Shown piece after piece: positions 49,415 through 57,297 of a DNA stretch of 64,000 nucleotides. The translations under genes were made by a program, and so were the position numbers. The stretch comes from an uncultured Verrucomicrobiae bacterium (GTDB lineage: Bacteria > Verrucomicrobiota > Verrucomicrobiia > Chthoniobacterales > JAFAMB01). The notes beneath the pieces are model-generated. The model was not told where the DNA came from, searched no databases, and worked only from the letters and a program-made list of their open reading frames with translations. The stretch covers positions 128,001 to 192,000 of the forward strand of contig CAWIPH010000001.1 in assembly GCA_963837955.1 (NCBI GenBank), given 5' to 3'. Every line of letters starts with the position of its first letter. Position 1 is the stretch's first letter.

Positions 49415-50437
49415 GTGATTCAGCGCTCAGGTATTCTTGCCGCCGGCAATTGGATTGTTGATCATGTAAAGCTGATCGACACATGGCCCAGCCAGGAAAC
49501 GCTGGCGAACATCGGTCGGGAGACCCAAGCGATGGGTGGTGCCCCGCCCAACGTGCTGGCCGGTCTGGCCAGACTGGGCGCGCAATTCCCTCTGAGCGGT
49601 GCCGGTATCGTCGGTTACGATGCCGGTGGAGATTGGATTCTGGAACAATGCGCCAAGCTTGGAATTGATACTCGCCTCATCACCCGCACAAATCAGGGCC
49701 CAACTTCTTACACCGACGTGATGAACGTGGCAGGAACCGGTCGTCGAACCTTCTTCCATCAACGAGGCGTCAACGCGCTACTAGGTCCAGAGTCGATCGA
49801 TTTGGTTTCCTCGTCTGCTAAGCTTTTTCACTTGGGCTATCTGCTTTTGTTGGATCGGCTCGATCAACCCGGACAAACCAAAGATACTGCGGCAGCCGAG
49901 CTACTCGATCGCGCTTCGCGTCTGGGATTTATCACTTCCGTGGATCTAGTCAGCGAAGAAAGCGATCGGTACCCGCGCCTCGTTCTACCGGCTTTACCTT
50001 ATGTCGACCTGGTGTTTCTGAACGAATTTGAGGCCGGCCACGTTTTCTCGACCGAAATCCGAGTGGACGGCAAAATCGACGTAAACGTGTTGCTGAAAAC
50101 CGCGCAAGCTCTCTTGCTAGCAGGGGTGCGGCAATGGGCAATCATTCATTTCCCCGAAGGGGTACTCGCGGTTTCTAAGCAGAAAACCATCTTTCAACCG
50201 AGCGTGCAGTTTCCTGAAGAAAAGGTCGTTGGATCGACTGGCGCAGGGGACGCGATCGCGGCAGGAATACTCTTTGGCTTTCACGACGATCTTCCGATGG
50301 AAGACTGTTTGAGGATCGGTGTTTGTGCGGCAGCCGCTTCTCTCCGGCATCCAAGCGCGACCGAAGGATTGGAGCGGATCGAAGAATGCCTGAGGCTCGG
50401 ACAAGAATTTGGCTTTCGTGAATCGCTTCTGAAGTAG
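49415..50437 (+). CDS. PfkB-family carbohydrate kinase
   Basis: GGAPPNV, VGYDAGG, LNEFE, STGAGDA. Confidence 0.9.
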   Translation: MIQRSGILAAGNWIVDHVKLIDTWPSQETLANIGRETQAMGGAPPNVLAGLARLGAQFPLSGAGIVGYDAGGDWILEQCAKLGIDTRLITRTNQGPTSYTDVMNVAGTGRRTFFHQRGVNALLGPESIDLVSSSAKLFHLGYLLLLDRLDQPGQTKDTAAAELLDRASRLGFITSVDLVSEESDRYPRLVLPALPYVDLVFLNEFEAGHVFSTEIRVDGKIDVNVLLKTAQALLLAGVRQWAIIHFPEGVLAVSKQKTIFQPSVQFPEEKVVGSTGAGDAIAAGILFGFHDDLPMEDCLRIGVCAAAASLRHPSATEGLERIEECLRLGQEFGFRESLLK

Positions 50438-50522
50438 CCGGCCCTTCCCGGAAGGACGTCACGAAAGTAGCCCAGTCCCGCAGCAGCGCATGCGCGCAAC
50501 CTAGGGCCGATTTCTGCTTCTC

Positions 50523-50612
50523 TGCCCCAGAGGGGCGCCAGGACTCAGCCCGGGGCTTTAACGGCTTTAACCCCGGGAAAGGTGTTCCAAACGTTCCGCC
50601 CTGAAAGCGGCG
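50523..50612. repeat. REP-like palindromic cluster (GCCCC/GCCCTGAAAG type)
   Basis: gccccagaggggc; cccggggc...aaccccggg; gccctgaaagcggc, between convergent genes. Confidence 0.5.
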
Positions 50613-50697
50613 CTAGAGTCGAACGACATTACCAAGGTCGATAGCCAACATTTGCTATTTGCTATTCGTCATGCCATTCGGCGACGGCCGAATGGCC

Positions 50698-51135
50698 TCA
50701 GCCCTCTCGTTCGCCCACGCGGCGATGCACCAACCGGAGCCAGCGCGTGTAATCTCTGCGGCAAGAAACCCATCTCTGGTGGATTCGGAGCAAAGCAAAA
50801 AGGGTCAAAAGTTCAGCAAAAATTCCGGCGCAGAAGGTGCTAAACCGCCACTCAGTCGGCGCCAAGAGACAGATAAGAGGAGCCAAAAGAATCACTACGG
50901 ACGACAAGGCCCAACGCCAAAGGGCTCGATGCGCGCTGCGCATTCGTTGATATAAGAAGATCGCTCTCTCCAAGTCAGACTGGAGTGATCGATAAGGACC
51001 CAAAACGCGAACGAGCTCGTTAAAGAACGCGTTGGGCGTAAGTCCACCGTAGACGCGGACCAGATCCTCGACCGAAGCAGCCCTTTCAGGATGCTTAAAC
51101 TCCGAATTCTCGTCATTTAAATCCGCGAATGACAT
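50698..51135 (-). CDS. Hypothetical two-TM membrane protein
   Basis: ORF from ATG 51135 with two hydrophobic segments. Confidence 0.6.
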   Translation of the reverse strand: MSFADLNDENSEFKHPERAASVEDLVRVYGGLTPNAFFNELVRVLGPYRSLQSDLERAIFLYQRMRSAHRALWRWALSSVVILLAPLICLLAPTEWRFSTFCAGIFAELLTLFALLRIHQRWVSCRRDYTRWLRLVHRRVGEREG

Positions 51136-51246
51136 GGTCGCCCGGATCACCTCTAGAAGAAACACATCACCGCCGACGCCGAATGTCAACGACCTACCTA
51201 AATTTGAAACGAGGCGACCTGGCAGCCGCGGAAAGTAGAATTGAGC

Positions 51247-51660
51247 TCAGCTCAAACGGGCTAAGCGCGACTGCTCGACGTGATTCGCGACGAATTGAAT
51301 GAGTTGATCCGGAAAGAACGGTTTGCGCAGCAAATATCCTCCGTTCGTCAAATGGAGCAGGCGAGGATCATCCTCTGGAATGGCTCCGGTAATAAAAAGG
51401 ACCGGCACAGAAGGATCGATTCGTTGGATCCGGGCAGCGACTTCCAAGCCATCGAATGACTCCGGCATCACAATATCTGTCAGAACTAAGTTAATCTCCG
51501 CTTTTCGCTCTTCGAACAAAATCAATCCCTGATCTCCATCCCTCGCCAAGAAGGTACCGTAACCTCCTTGGTGCAAGACCTTCCGGACGTACTCCAGAAT
51601 AAACGGCTCATCGTCGATCACCAGGATGTTCAGTCTGCGAAAAGAAGAGCGAGTAACCAT
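51247..51660 (-). CDS. Stand-alone response regulator receiver
   Basis: ILVIDDE, LTDIVMP, FITG, LRKPF. Confidence 0.9.
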   Translation of the reverse strand: MVTRSSFRRLNILVIDDEPFILEYVRKVLHQGGYGTFLARDGDQGLILFEERKAEINLVLTDIVMPESFDGLEVAARIQRIDPSVPVLFITGAIPEDDPRLLHLTNGGYLLRKPFFPDQLIQFVANHVEQSRLARLS

Positions 51661-51936
51661 CGAAGATTTTTCTTAAAACGTGCTTTCCGCTAGCCTTGCA
51701 TAAAAAGAAGTCGAACTCTTCATGGTATGGAACCCGCGTTCCGAATCCATGCTATGCGGGGGACCAGCCACGAAACCCAACTCGGAACCTAGAAGCCTAT
51801 AAATCTTAAAAGCGGATAACCTCAAAAGGAATTCTTTCCAAGCGCGGGAATTTGAGGTTAATAGCAATTACAATAATTTCTAGGAAATTTTCCACAGCCC
51901 CAGGCGAATCCAAGTTAGCGGATTGAGGCTCAGCCG

Positions 51937-53001
51937 TCAGATTGGTGTTTCTCGGTTCGTTGACCGGAGATGAATCGTCTTATGAGCTAAGTCATGAGAA
52001 GCTTCGATCACGCGAACCGTCCGGCTGCGAGCGCGCATCAGAATAGAGTGCGTAACCGCGGCGTGACCTTTTAGGCGCACTCCGCGCAATAGCGGGCTAT
52101 CGCTAATCCCGGTGGCGCAAAAAATGACATTTTTGCCTCGCGCTAAATCCTCCGCGTGAAAGACCTTCCCTAGCTGGTCTCGAAACCCTAGCTCGACGAC
52201 CTTCTTTTCTTCATCGGGATCACGAGGCCACATCATCGTCTGCATATCGCCTCCCAGACAACGAATCGCGGCGGCTGCTAACACCGCTTCTGGGGCACCA
52301 CCTATACCGGCGTATAAATCCACCCCGCTATCAGTGATGGACGGTGAAATCGCTGCTGTAATGTCCCCGTCTGAAATCATCCGCACCATCGCACCAGTCG
52401 ACCGAATCGATTCAACCAGCTTGGCGTGCCTGGGTCGATCCAACACTACCACGGTGAGGTCCTGCACTCTTTTCCGTAAGGCCTTCGCGATGATCGGTAG
52501 CGTCTCCTCCAGTGGATTGCGAATGGATACGGTCTCGATGCCGGTGAGCTGCATGTAGCGAACGACATTCACGCCGTAGGCTAGTTTAGTCATGTAGAAG
52601 GTCGGAATGTCCTTCAAAGAAAAGTCAACGTCCGGTTCCGGAGAAGCGGCGGCGATGCAGCAGATGGACCCTGGCAGTCCCTTGGCCACGTTTGTGGTGC
52701 CATCGATCGGGTCGAGAGCCAGATCAAACTTGTGGCTTCCCGGTAGCCAAGTGCCAAGATGTTCACCCTTAAAGATCCCCGGAGCGTTGTCTTTGATGCC
52801 CTCGCCGATTACGACCTCTCCACAGATATTGATCAGATCAAACATACCTCGAATCGCGTCGCAGGCAGCAGCATCGGCTTTCTCCTTTTCACCTCGACCG
52901 AGCCAAGGAAGAGTGTTAAGGGCTGCTACTTCAGTCGCGCGTAGGAAATCGAATTCGATGATTCGTTCGACATCCTCGTACGGTTGCTGTTGGTGACGCA
53001 T
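51937..53001 (-). CDS. glpX: Fructose-1,6-bisphosphatase class II
   Basis: VVIGEG, ALDPIDGT, LDRPRH, ISDGDI, GIGGAPE, ATGIS. Confidence 0.93.
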   Translation of the reverse strand: MRHQQQPYEDVERIIEFDFLRATEVAALNTLPWLGRGEKEKADAAACDAIRGMFDLINICGEVVIGEGIKDNAPGIFKGEHLGTWLPGSHKFDLALDPIDGTTNVAKGLPGSICCIAAASPEPDVDFSLKDIPTFYMTKLAYGVNVVRYMQLTGIETVSIRNPLEETLPIIAKALRKRVQDLTVVVLDRPRHAKLVESIRSTGAMVRMISDGDITAAISPSITDSGVDLYAGIGGAPEAVLAAAAIRCLGGDMQTMMWPRDPDEEKKVVELGFRDQLGKVFHAEDLARGKNVIFCATGISDSPLLRGVRLKGHAAVTHSILMRARSRTVRVIEASHDLAHKTIHLRSTNRETPI

Positions 53002-53131
53002 AGGTAAGCAGGATAGATCGGGCTGCTTGCTTTCGGAATAGTGGAATCAATACAGATTCGATAATTACCGAAACGAGTACACCAGTCGCGCTGCGTTTGC
53101 GTTCGCTTAAACAATATGTTTTGGAGGTGAG

Positions 53132-53872
53132 ATGAAAACAATCCGGGTGATCGTCTGGAACGAAAATATTCATGAACGAAAGGATCCGCGGGTTCAAGCA
53201 CATTACCCCGAAGGAATTCATGCCTTTCTTGCTCAAGTCTTAAACGACGGCTCCGAAGTGTCCTGCCGGACGGCAACGTTGGAGGATCCCGAGGATGGGC
53301 TGCCGGAGTCCCGTCTCGAGGAGACCGATGTGGTGGTGTGGTGGGGACACCTCGGCCACGCCCGAGTGAGCGACCATACCGTAGATCGAGTACAAAAAAG
53401 GGTGCTGGAAGGAATGGGCTTAGTCGTGCTGCACTCCGGCCATTATTCCAAAATCTTTAAACGACTAATGGGTACCTCCTGCTCACTGAGCTGGCGTGAA
53501 GCCGGCGAGAAGGAACGCGTTTGGGTCTGCAACCCGGGGCACCCGATCGTCCAAGGACTGCCTCCATATTTCGAGATCCCCCACGAAGAGATGTACAGCG
53601 AACCATTTGGTATTCCCACACCCGACGAGCTCGTTTTCATGTCTTGGTTTCAGGGCGGCGAGGTTTTCCGGTCTGGCTGCTGCTGGAAACGTGGCAACGG
53701 AAAGATCTTCTATTTTCGGCCCGGGCACGAAACCTTCCCCACTTATCACCAACCGGAAGTCCAGACGGTGATTCGGAATGCGGTGCGTTGGTCAGCCCCC
53801 GAAGGTTCCCGTTGGATCGACGGCTGTCCAAATGTCAAAATCTCGCCGGAGGGGATCCGGCAGGAAAGTTAG
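53132..53872 (+). CDS. thuA: ThuA-family (trehalose utilization) protein
   Basis: WNENIHE, WWGH, LHSGHYSK, EEMYSEPF, FRPGHET; RBS GGAGG. Confidence 0.85.
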   Translation: MKTIRVIVWNENIHERKDPRVQAHYPEGIHAFLAQVLNDGSEVSCRTATLEDPEDGLPESRLEETDVVVWWGHLGHARVSDHTVDRVQKRVLEGMGLVVLHSGHYSKIFKRLMGTSCSLSWREAGEKERVWVCNPGHPIVQGLPPYFEIPHEEMYSEPFGIPTPDELVFMSWFQGGEVFRSGCCWKRGNGKIFYFRPGHETFPTYHQPEVQTVIRNAVRWSAPEGSRWIDGCPNVKISPEGIRQES

Positions 53873-53983
53873 CGGCTTGCGATGGGCGGGTTCGCGCAGG
53901 TGGTGTGCAGGACTCCGTGACGGATCGGGCGAAACGCCGACACAGTCCGGCGGCTGCCACGCGGCGCTGCTTGACCCAACGCG

Positions 53984-54106
53984 GGGAGGGATCGCGTCCC
54001 CGCGATCCCTTGTGGCCAGACCCAAGCGCGTTTGTATACCAAGGGTTAAATTGCGTCCCCCAGGTTAGAGATCGTTTTCTCGGCGCGCGGGGACGCGCGC
54101 CCTCCC
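53984..54106. repeat. Inverted pair of GGAG-type REP palindromes
   Basis: GGGAGGGATCGCGTCCCCGCGATCCC, and GGGAGGGCGCGCGTCCCCGCGCGCC on the reverse strand. Confidence 0.7.
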
Positions 54107-54390
54107 GGCGATGGAGCGGGCAAACCATTCTTAAGTTGACCCGTATGGGCGGCTGCCGGATCGCGGCCTAGCCCTAAGTGTGTCCTCAAGCGCACAGGTG
54201 CCGCGCACCGGCGGTGCATCGTGGAGCGATAGCGAGATAAGGCGGGTAAGCCAACACCATGGAGCGGCTCACAGTCCGGCGTTTGACCCTGTCGTATTGT
54301 CACGCGCAATGCTCGCCGAACTGTTTCGCCCTACCAGCTGAGGTTGGAGATCAACCCGCGGTGACGTAGATACCCCGTACCCTACTGCTT

Positions 54391-54609
54391 TCAGCGCCGC
54401 AAAATCCACGTCACGATCGTGAGTACGATGCTGATGAGAATGCAGGTAGCGAGCGGGAAATAGAATTTGAAATTGCCTTTCTCTACAGAAATGTCTCCCG
54501 GCAGGTGCCCAAACCAGCCAAACCACATTGGAAATTTCCAAAGCAATATGCCGAGCACCACCAGGACGATGCCGGCGACTACAGCGACTTTCCCAATTTC
54601 TTGCACCAC
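54391..54609 (-). CDS. DUF2905-family small membrane protein
   Basis: GHLPGDI..EKGNFKFYFPLATCILIS signature. Confidence 0.85.
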   Translation of the reverse strand: MVQEIGKVAVVAGIVLVVLGILLWKFPMWFGWFGHLPGDISVEKGNFKFYFPLATCILISIVLTIVTWILRR

Positions 54610-54628
54610 CAGAATAACCGACGCGGAT

Positions 54629-54746
54629 TGACAAATGACAAATCACAAATGACAGAGGCAACTCGGTTCTAATCGGAGCAGTGGCCGGCCGAAAGCCGAG
54701 TGGTTCGAAATTTGTTATTTGTCATCTCCTATCTGCCATTTGCTAT
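54629..54746. repeat. Inverted heptamer arrays, empty site
   Basis: (TGACAAA)n ... ~55-nt spacer ... (TTTGTCA/TTTGCTA)n. Confidence 0.75.
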
Positions 54747-54762
54747 CAATTATCGTTGCACC

Positions 54763-55719
54763 ATGTGGCTCGCCTATTACGTCCACCATCTTAATCCTTT
54801 CCTGATCCGGTTTAATGACCAGTTTGGAATCCGTTGGTACGGCGTGGCTTATCTCTGCGGATTCCTCGGTGCATTTTTTCTGCTCAAATGGCTCGCCCGA
54901 AAAGGGTATGGCTCGCTGGCCGAAGGGCAAGTCGCCGACTTTACGTTTTACGCCGCGCTTTTCGGCGTTCTCGTTGGCGGCCGGCTTGGCTATGTCATTT
55001 TCTATCGGCCGCAAATGCTCACCACCGATCCCCTTAGCATCTTTCGAGTCTGGGATGGCGGGATGGCGAGTCACGGCGGCATCCTTGGCCTATTCATTTT
55101 TTCCTGGATCTACGCGCGACGACACAGAATTTCCTGGACCGGCATCGGGGATAATTTGGTAGCAGCCGCTCCGCTCGGCCTTCTCTTCGGGCGAATCGCT
55201 AACTTTATTAACGGTGAACTTTGGGGGCACCCGACAAATGTTCCTTGGGCGGTTCAGTTCCCCACCGAGTTGCTGGACTACCCGAACGAGGCCCAAGCTG
55301 CGATCGAGAAGTGCTCTGCTTTGAATCCCAGTTTGGATTCAGTCAACGCCATTATTGAGGCAGCTCGATCCGATCCTCAGGTTCGGGAAATCCTGAGTCA
55401 CATCCTCACTCCACGTCATCCGAGCCAACTCTACGAGGCGCTGTTGGAAGGGGTTCTACTTTTCGTCTGCCTGATTTCGATCCGTCTTCGATTCCGCAGA
55501 CCAGACGGGCTCACAACCGCCTGCTTTTTTCTTCTGTATCCGATCATGCGCATAATCGGAGAAGTTTTCCGCGTACCGGACGCCCCGCTGACCGGACCAT
55601 TCACCCGCGGTCAGTTCCTCTCTCTATTCATGTTCATTCTCGCGCTCGGGTTCTTTTGGCACGCCTGGAAAATGCAGAAGAAGGAAAATGACAAATTGAA
55701 AATGACAAATGACAGATGA
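54763..55719 (+). CDS. lgt: Prolipoprotein diacylglyceryl transferase
   Basis: IRWYG, GGRLGY, GGMASHGG, GRIANFINGELWG, HPSQLYE. Start set at ATG 54763. Confidence 0.96.
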   Translation: MWLAYYVHHLNPFLIRFNDQFGIRWYGVAYLCGFLGAFFLLKWLARKGYGSLAEGQVADFTFYAALFGVLVGGRLGYVIFYRPQMLTTDPLSIFRVWDGGMASHGGILGLFIFSWIYARRHRISWTGIGDNLVAAAPLGLLFGRIANFINGELWGHPTNVPWAVQFPTELLDYPNEAQAAIEKCSALNPSLDSVNAIIEAARSDPQVREILSHILTPRHPSQLYEALLEGVLLFVCLISIRLRFRRPDGLTTACFFLLYPIMRIIGEVFRVPDAPLTGPFTRGQFLSLFMFILALGFFWHAWKMQKKENDKLKMTNDR

Positions 55720-55828
55720 GCCCAGCGCGGTGCAGGGCCCAGCAGGCTCTGAACTCGATAAACTGACTCGTTCAGGCAGCTCGGTTCAATTGCAGTCGAA
55801 GCCCGGGCAACAATTTGTTATTTGTCAT
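55687..55828. repeat. Inverted heptamer arrays, empty site, supplying the stop codons of lgt and the MOSC gene
   Basis: aatgacaaattgaaaatgacaaatgacagatga ... atttgttatttgtcat. Confidence 0.75.
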
Positions 55829-56688
55829 CCGTTCACATCATTCGGCGACAGCTGGATTCTGCGAACTCGGTCTCCGACTCGGATTGTTCCGGTCGACGAC
55901 TCACAGAAAAAATTCATCCCGAAGATGACGCCCCCCTCACCATCTCGCCGATAGGTGGCCAGGGTTTTAAGCGGTTCATTCCCGCGTTCTAAGGTGACCT
56001 GATCGGTGGTAGTGACCACACAGCGCACACATGGCCCCCGGTGCCTGAACAGCAAAGGTCCGATTTCGACCGTCTGCCAATGATCTTCCGCGTAAGGATC
56101 CATAACGCCGCCAATGACAATATTTGGTCGGAATCGATTCATCGGAACCGGCTGTGGAAGACGCTGATTCAAATCGGCCAGCGAGGCTTCAGAAGTGATG
56201 AGAAACGGATAAGCGTCGGCAAAACTAACCTCTCGAACTCCCAGGTTTTCGCGATGAATGATCGGAACTTTCCCAGCATCGATTACTCGCCGGTAGTGGC
56301 TTCCAATTCTCACCAATCGTGCGTTGAGGCCAAGCAGAGAAGTGAACCACTCGGCGATCTCTTCCCCCAAGTCGTCCGCTTCCACTTGATCTCGCCAGAT
56401 CGATACTGGTCGGCTAAACTTGGCCCCTCGATCGGCGGTCGATCCGAACCAAGGGACGGTTGTCTCTGCCAGGTTCGGCGCTTGCAACCTGAGAACATCG
56501 CGCTCCACTACTGGCTGAATTAGCGCGAGCTTGGGGTGCGTCCGTTGGGTTAAGAATTTTCCGTATTCATCCACAACTAGAAATTCACGGTCGTGCGCGA
56601 AACCATATCGCGAAATCGGCCAGCTCGGAACCGAGACGCCTGCGCATGACTTGACGGGATAAATATGAAGACTGGCAACCTGGAGCAT
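55825..56688 (-). CDS. MOSC-domain protein (YcbX/mARC-like)
   Basis: IYPVKSC, HDREF, FADAYP, RFRPNIV, PCVRCVVT. Confidence 0.9.
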   Translation of the reverse strand: MLQVASLHIYPVKSCAGVSVPSWPISRYGFAHDREFLVVDEYGKFLTQRTHPKLALIQPVVERDVLRLQAPNLAETTVPWFGSTADRGAKFSRPVSIWRDQVEADDLGEEIAEWFTSLLGLNARLVRIGSHYRRVIDAGKVPIIHRENLGVREVSFADAYPFLITSEASLADLNQRLPQPVPMNRFRPNIVIGGVMDPYAEDHWQTVEIGPLLFRHRGPCVRCVVTTTDQVTLERGNEPLKTLATYRRDGEGGVIFGMNFFCESSTGTIRVGDRVRRIQLSPNDVNG

Positions 56689-56724
56689 TCGTAACTCCCT
56701 AATCGGGACAGCCCTGACAGCATT

Positions 56725-57126
56725 TCATTTCGGGATAAGTCGCAGGAACTGGTTGGGCCCGAGTTTTACCACGATTTCGTTCTCTTTGGTTCGATGTTTG
56801 TCGCGGTACACCCAAGTCTTGCCGGAATCATCTACGCCCAGCTTGCGAGCATTAAATTCAGGAATCCAAGCGACCCCATTCTGGATTGGATAGAAGGAAG
56901 TCCCATTCCATCGCAAGACCTCCTTCGTCTGATCTTGTTTTGGATCGAAAACGATTGTAACTGCGTCGCCCACCGCGGTGGGTTGGCTGATTCTTTCAAT
57001 TTCGTGGCGACTCTGCCAATCCAGCGCGACCGCCCAGGAGACTGCGACGAGACATGCTAAGAACGCTAGCATCAAGCCATAGGCCCATTTTCCGACCGGG
57101 AGGCTCTCATCGACGTCTCTGATCAT
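56725..57126 (-). CDS. Hypothetical membrane-anchored protein
   Basis: One TM segment followed by a soluble domain. Start set at ATG 57126. Confidence 0.6.
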   Translation of the reverse strand: MIRDVDESLPVGKWAYGLMLAFLACLVAVSWAVALDWQSRHEIERISQPTAVGDAVTIVFDPKQDQTKEVLRWNGTSFYPIQNGVAWIPEFNARKLGVDDSGKTWVYRDKHRTKENEIVVKLGPNQFLRLIPK

Positions 57127-57140
57127 CGGCGGCACATTAG

Positions 57141-57297
57141 AATAGCCAATAGCCAATAGCCAATAGCCAAACGAGCTCGGGATGCCTTGGAAGAAGATAC
57201 TTGACCTGAACTGTCACCGATGTCCTCACCACACCCTGATCTGCTATCTGCTATCTGCTATCTGCTATTTATCTTTGCTATCTGCTATCTGCCATTT
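57141..57297. repeat. Inverted heptamer arrays, empty site
   Basis: (AATAGCC)x4 ... ~68-nt spacer ... (CTGCTAT)x4 plus degenerate units. Confidence 0.8.
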
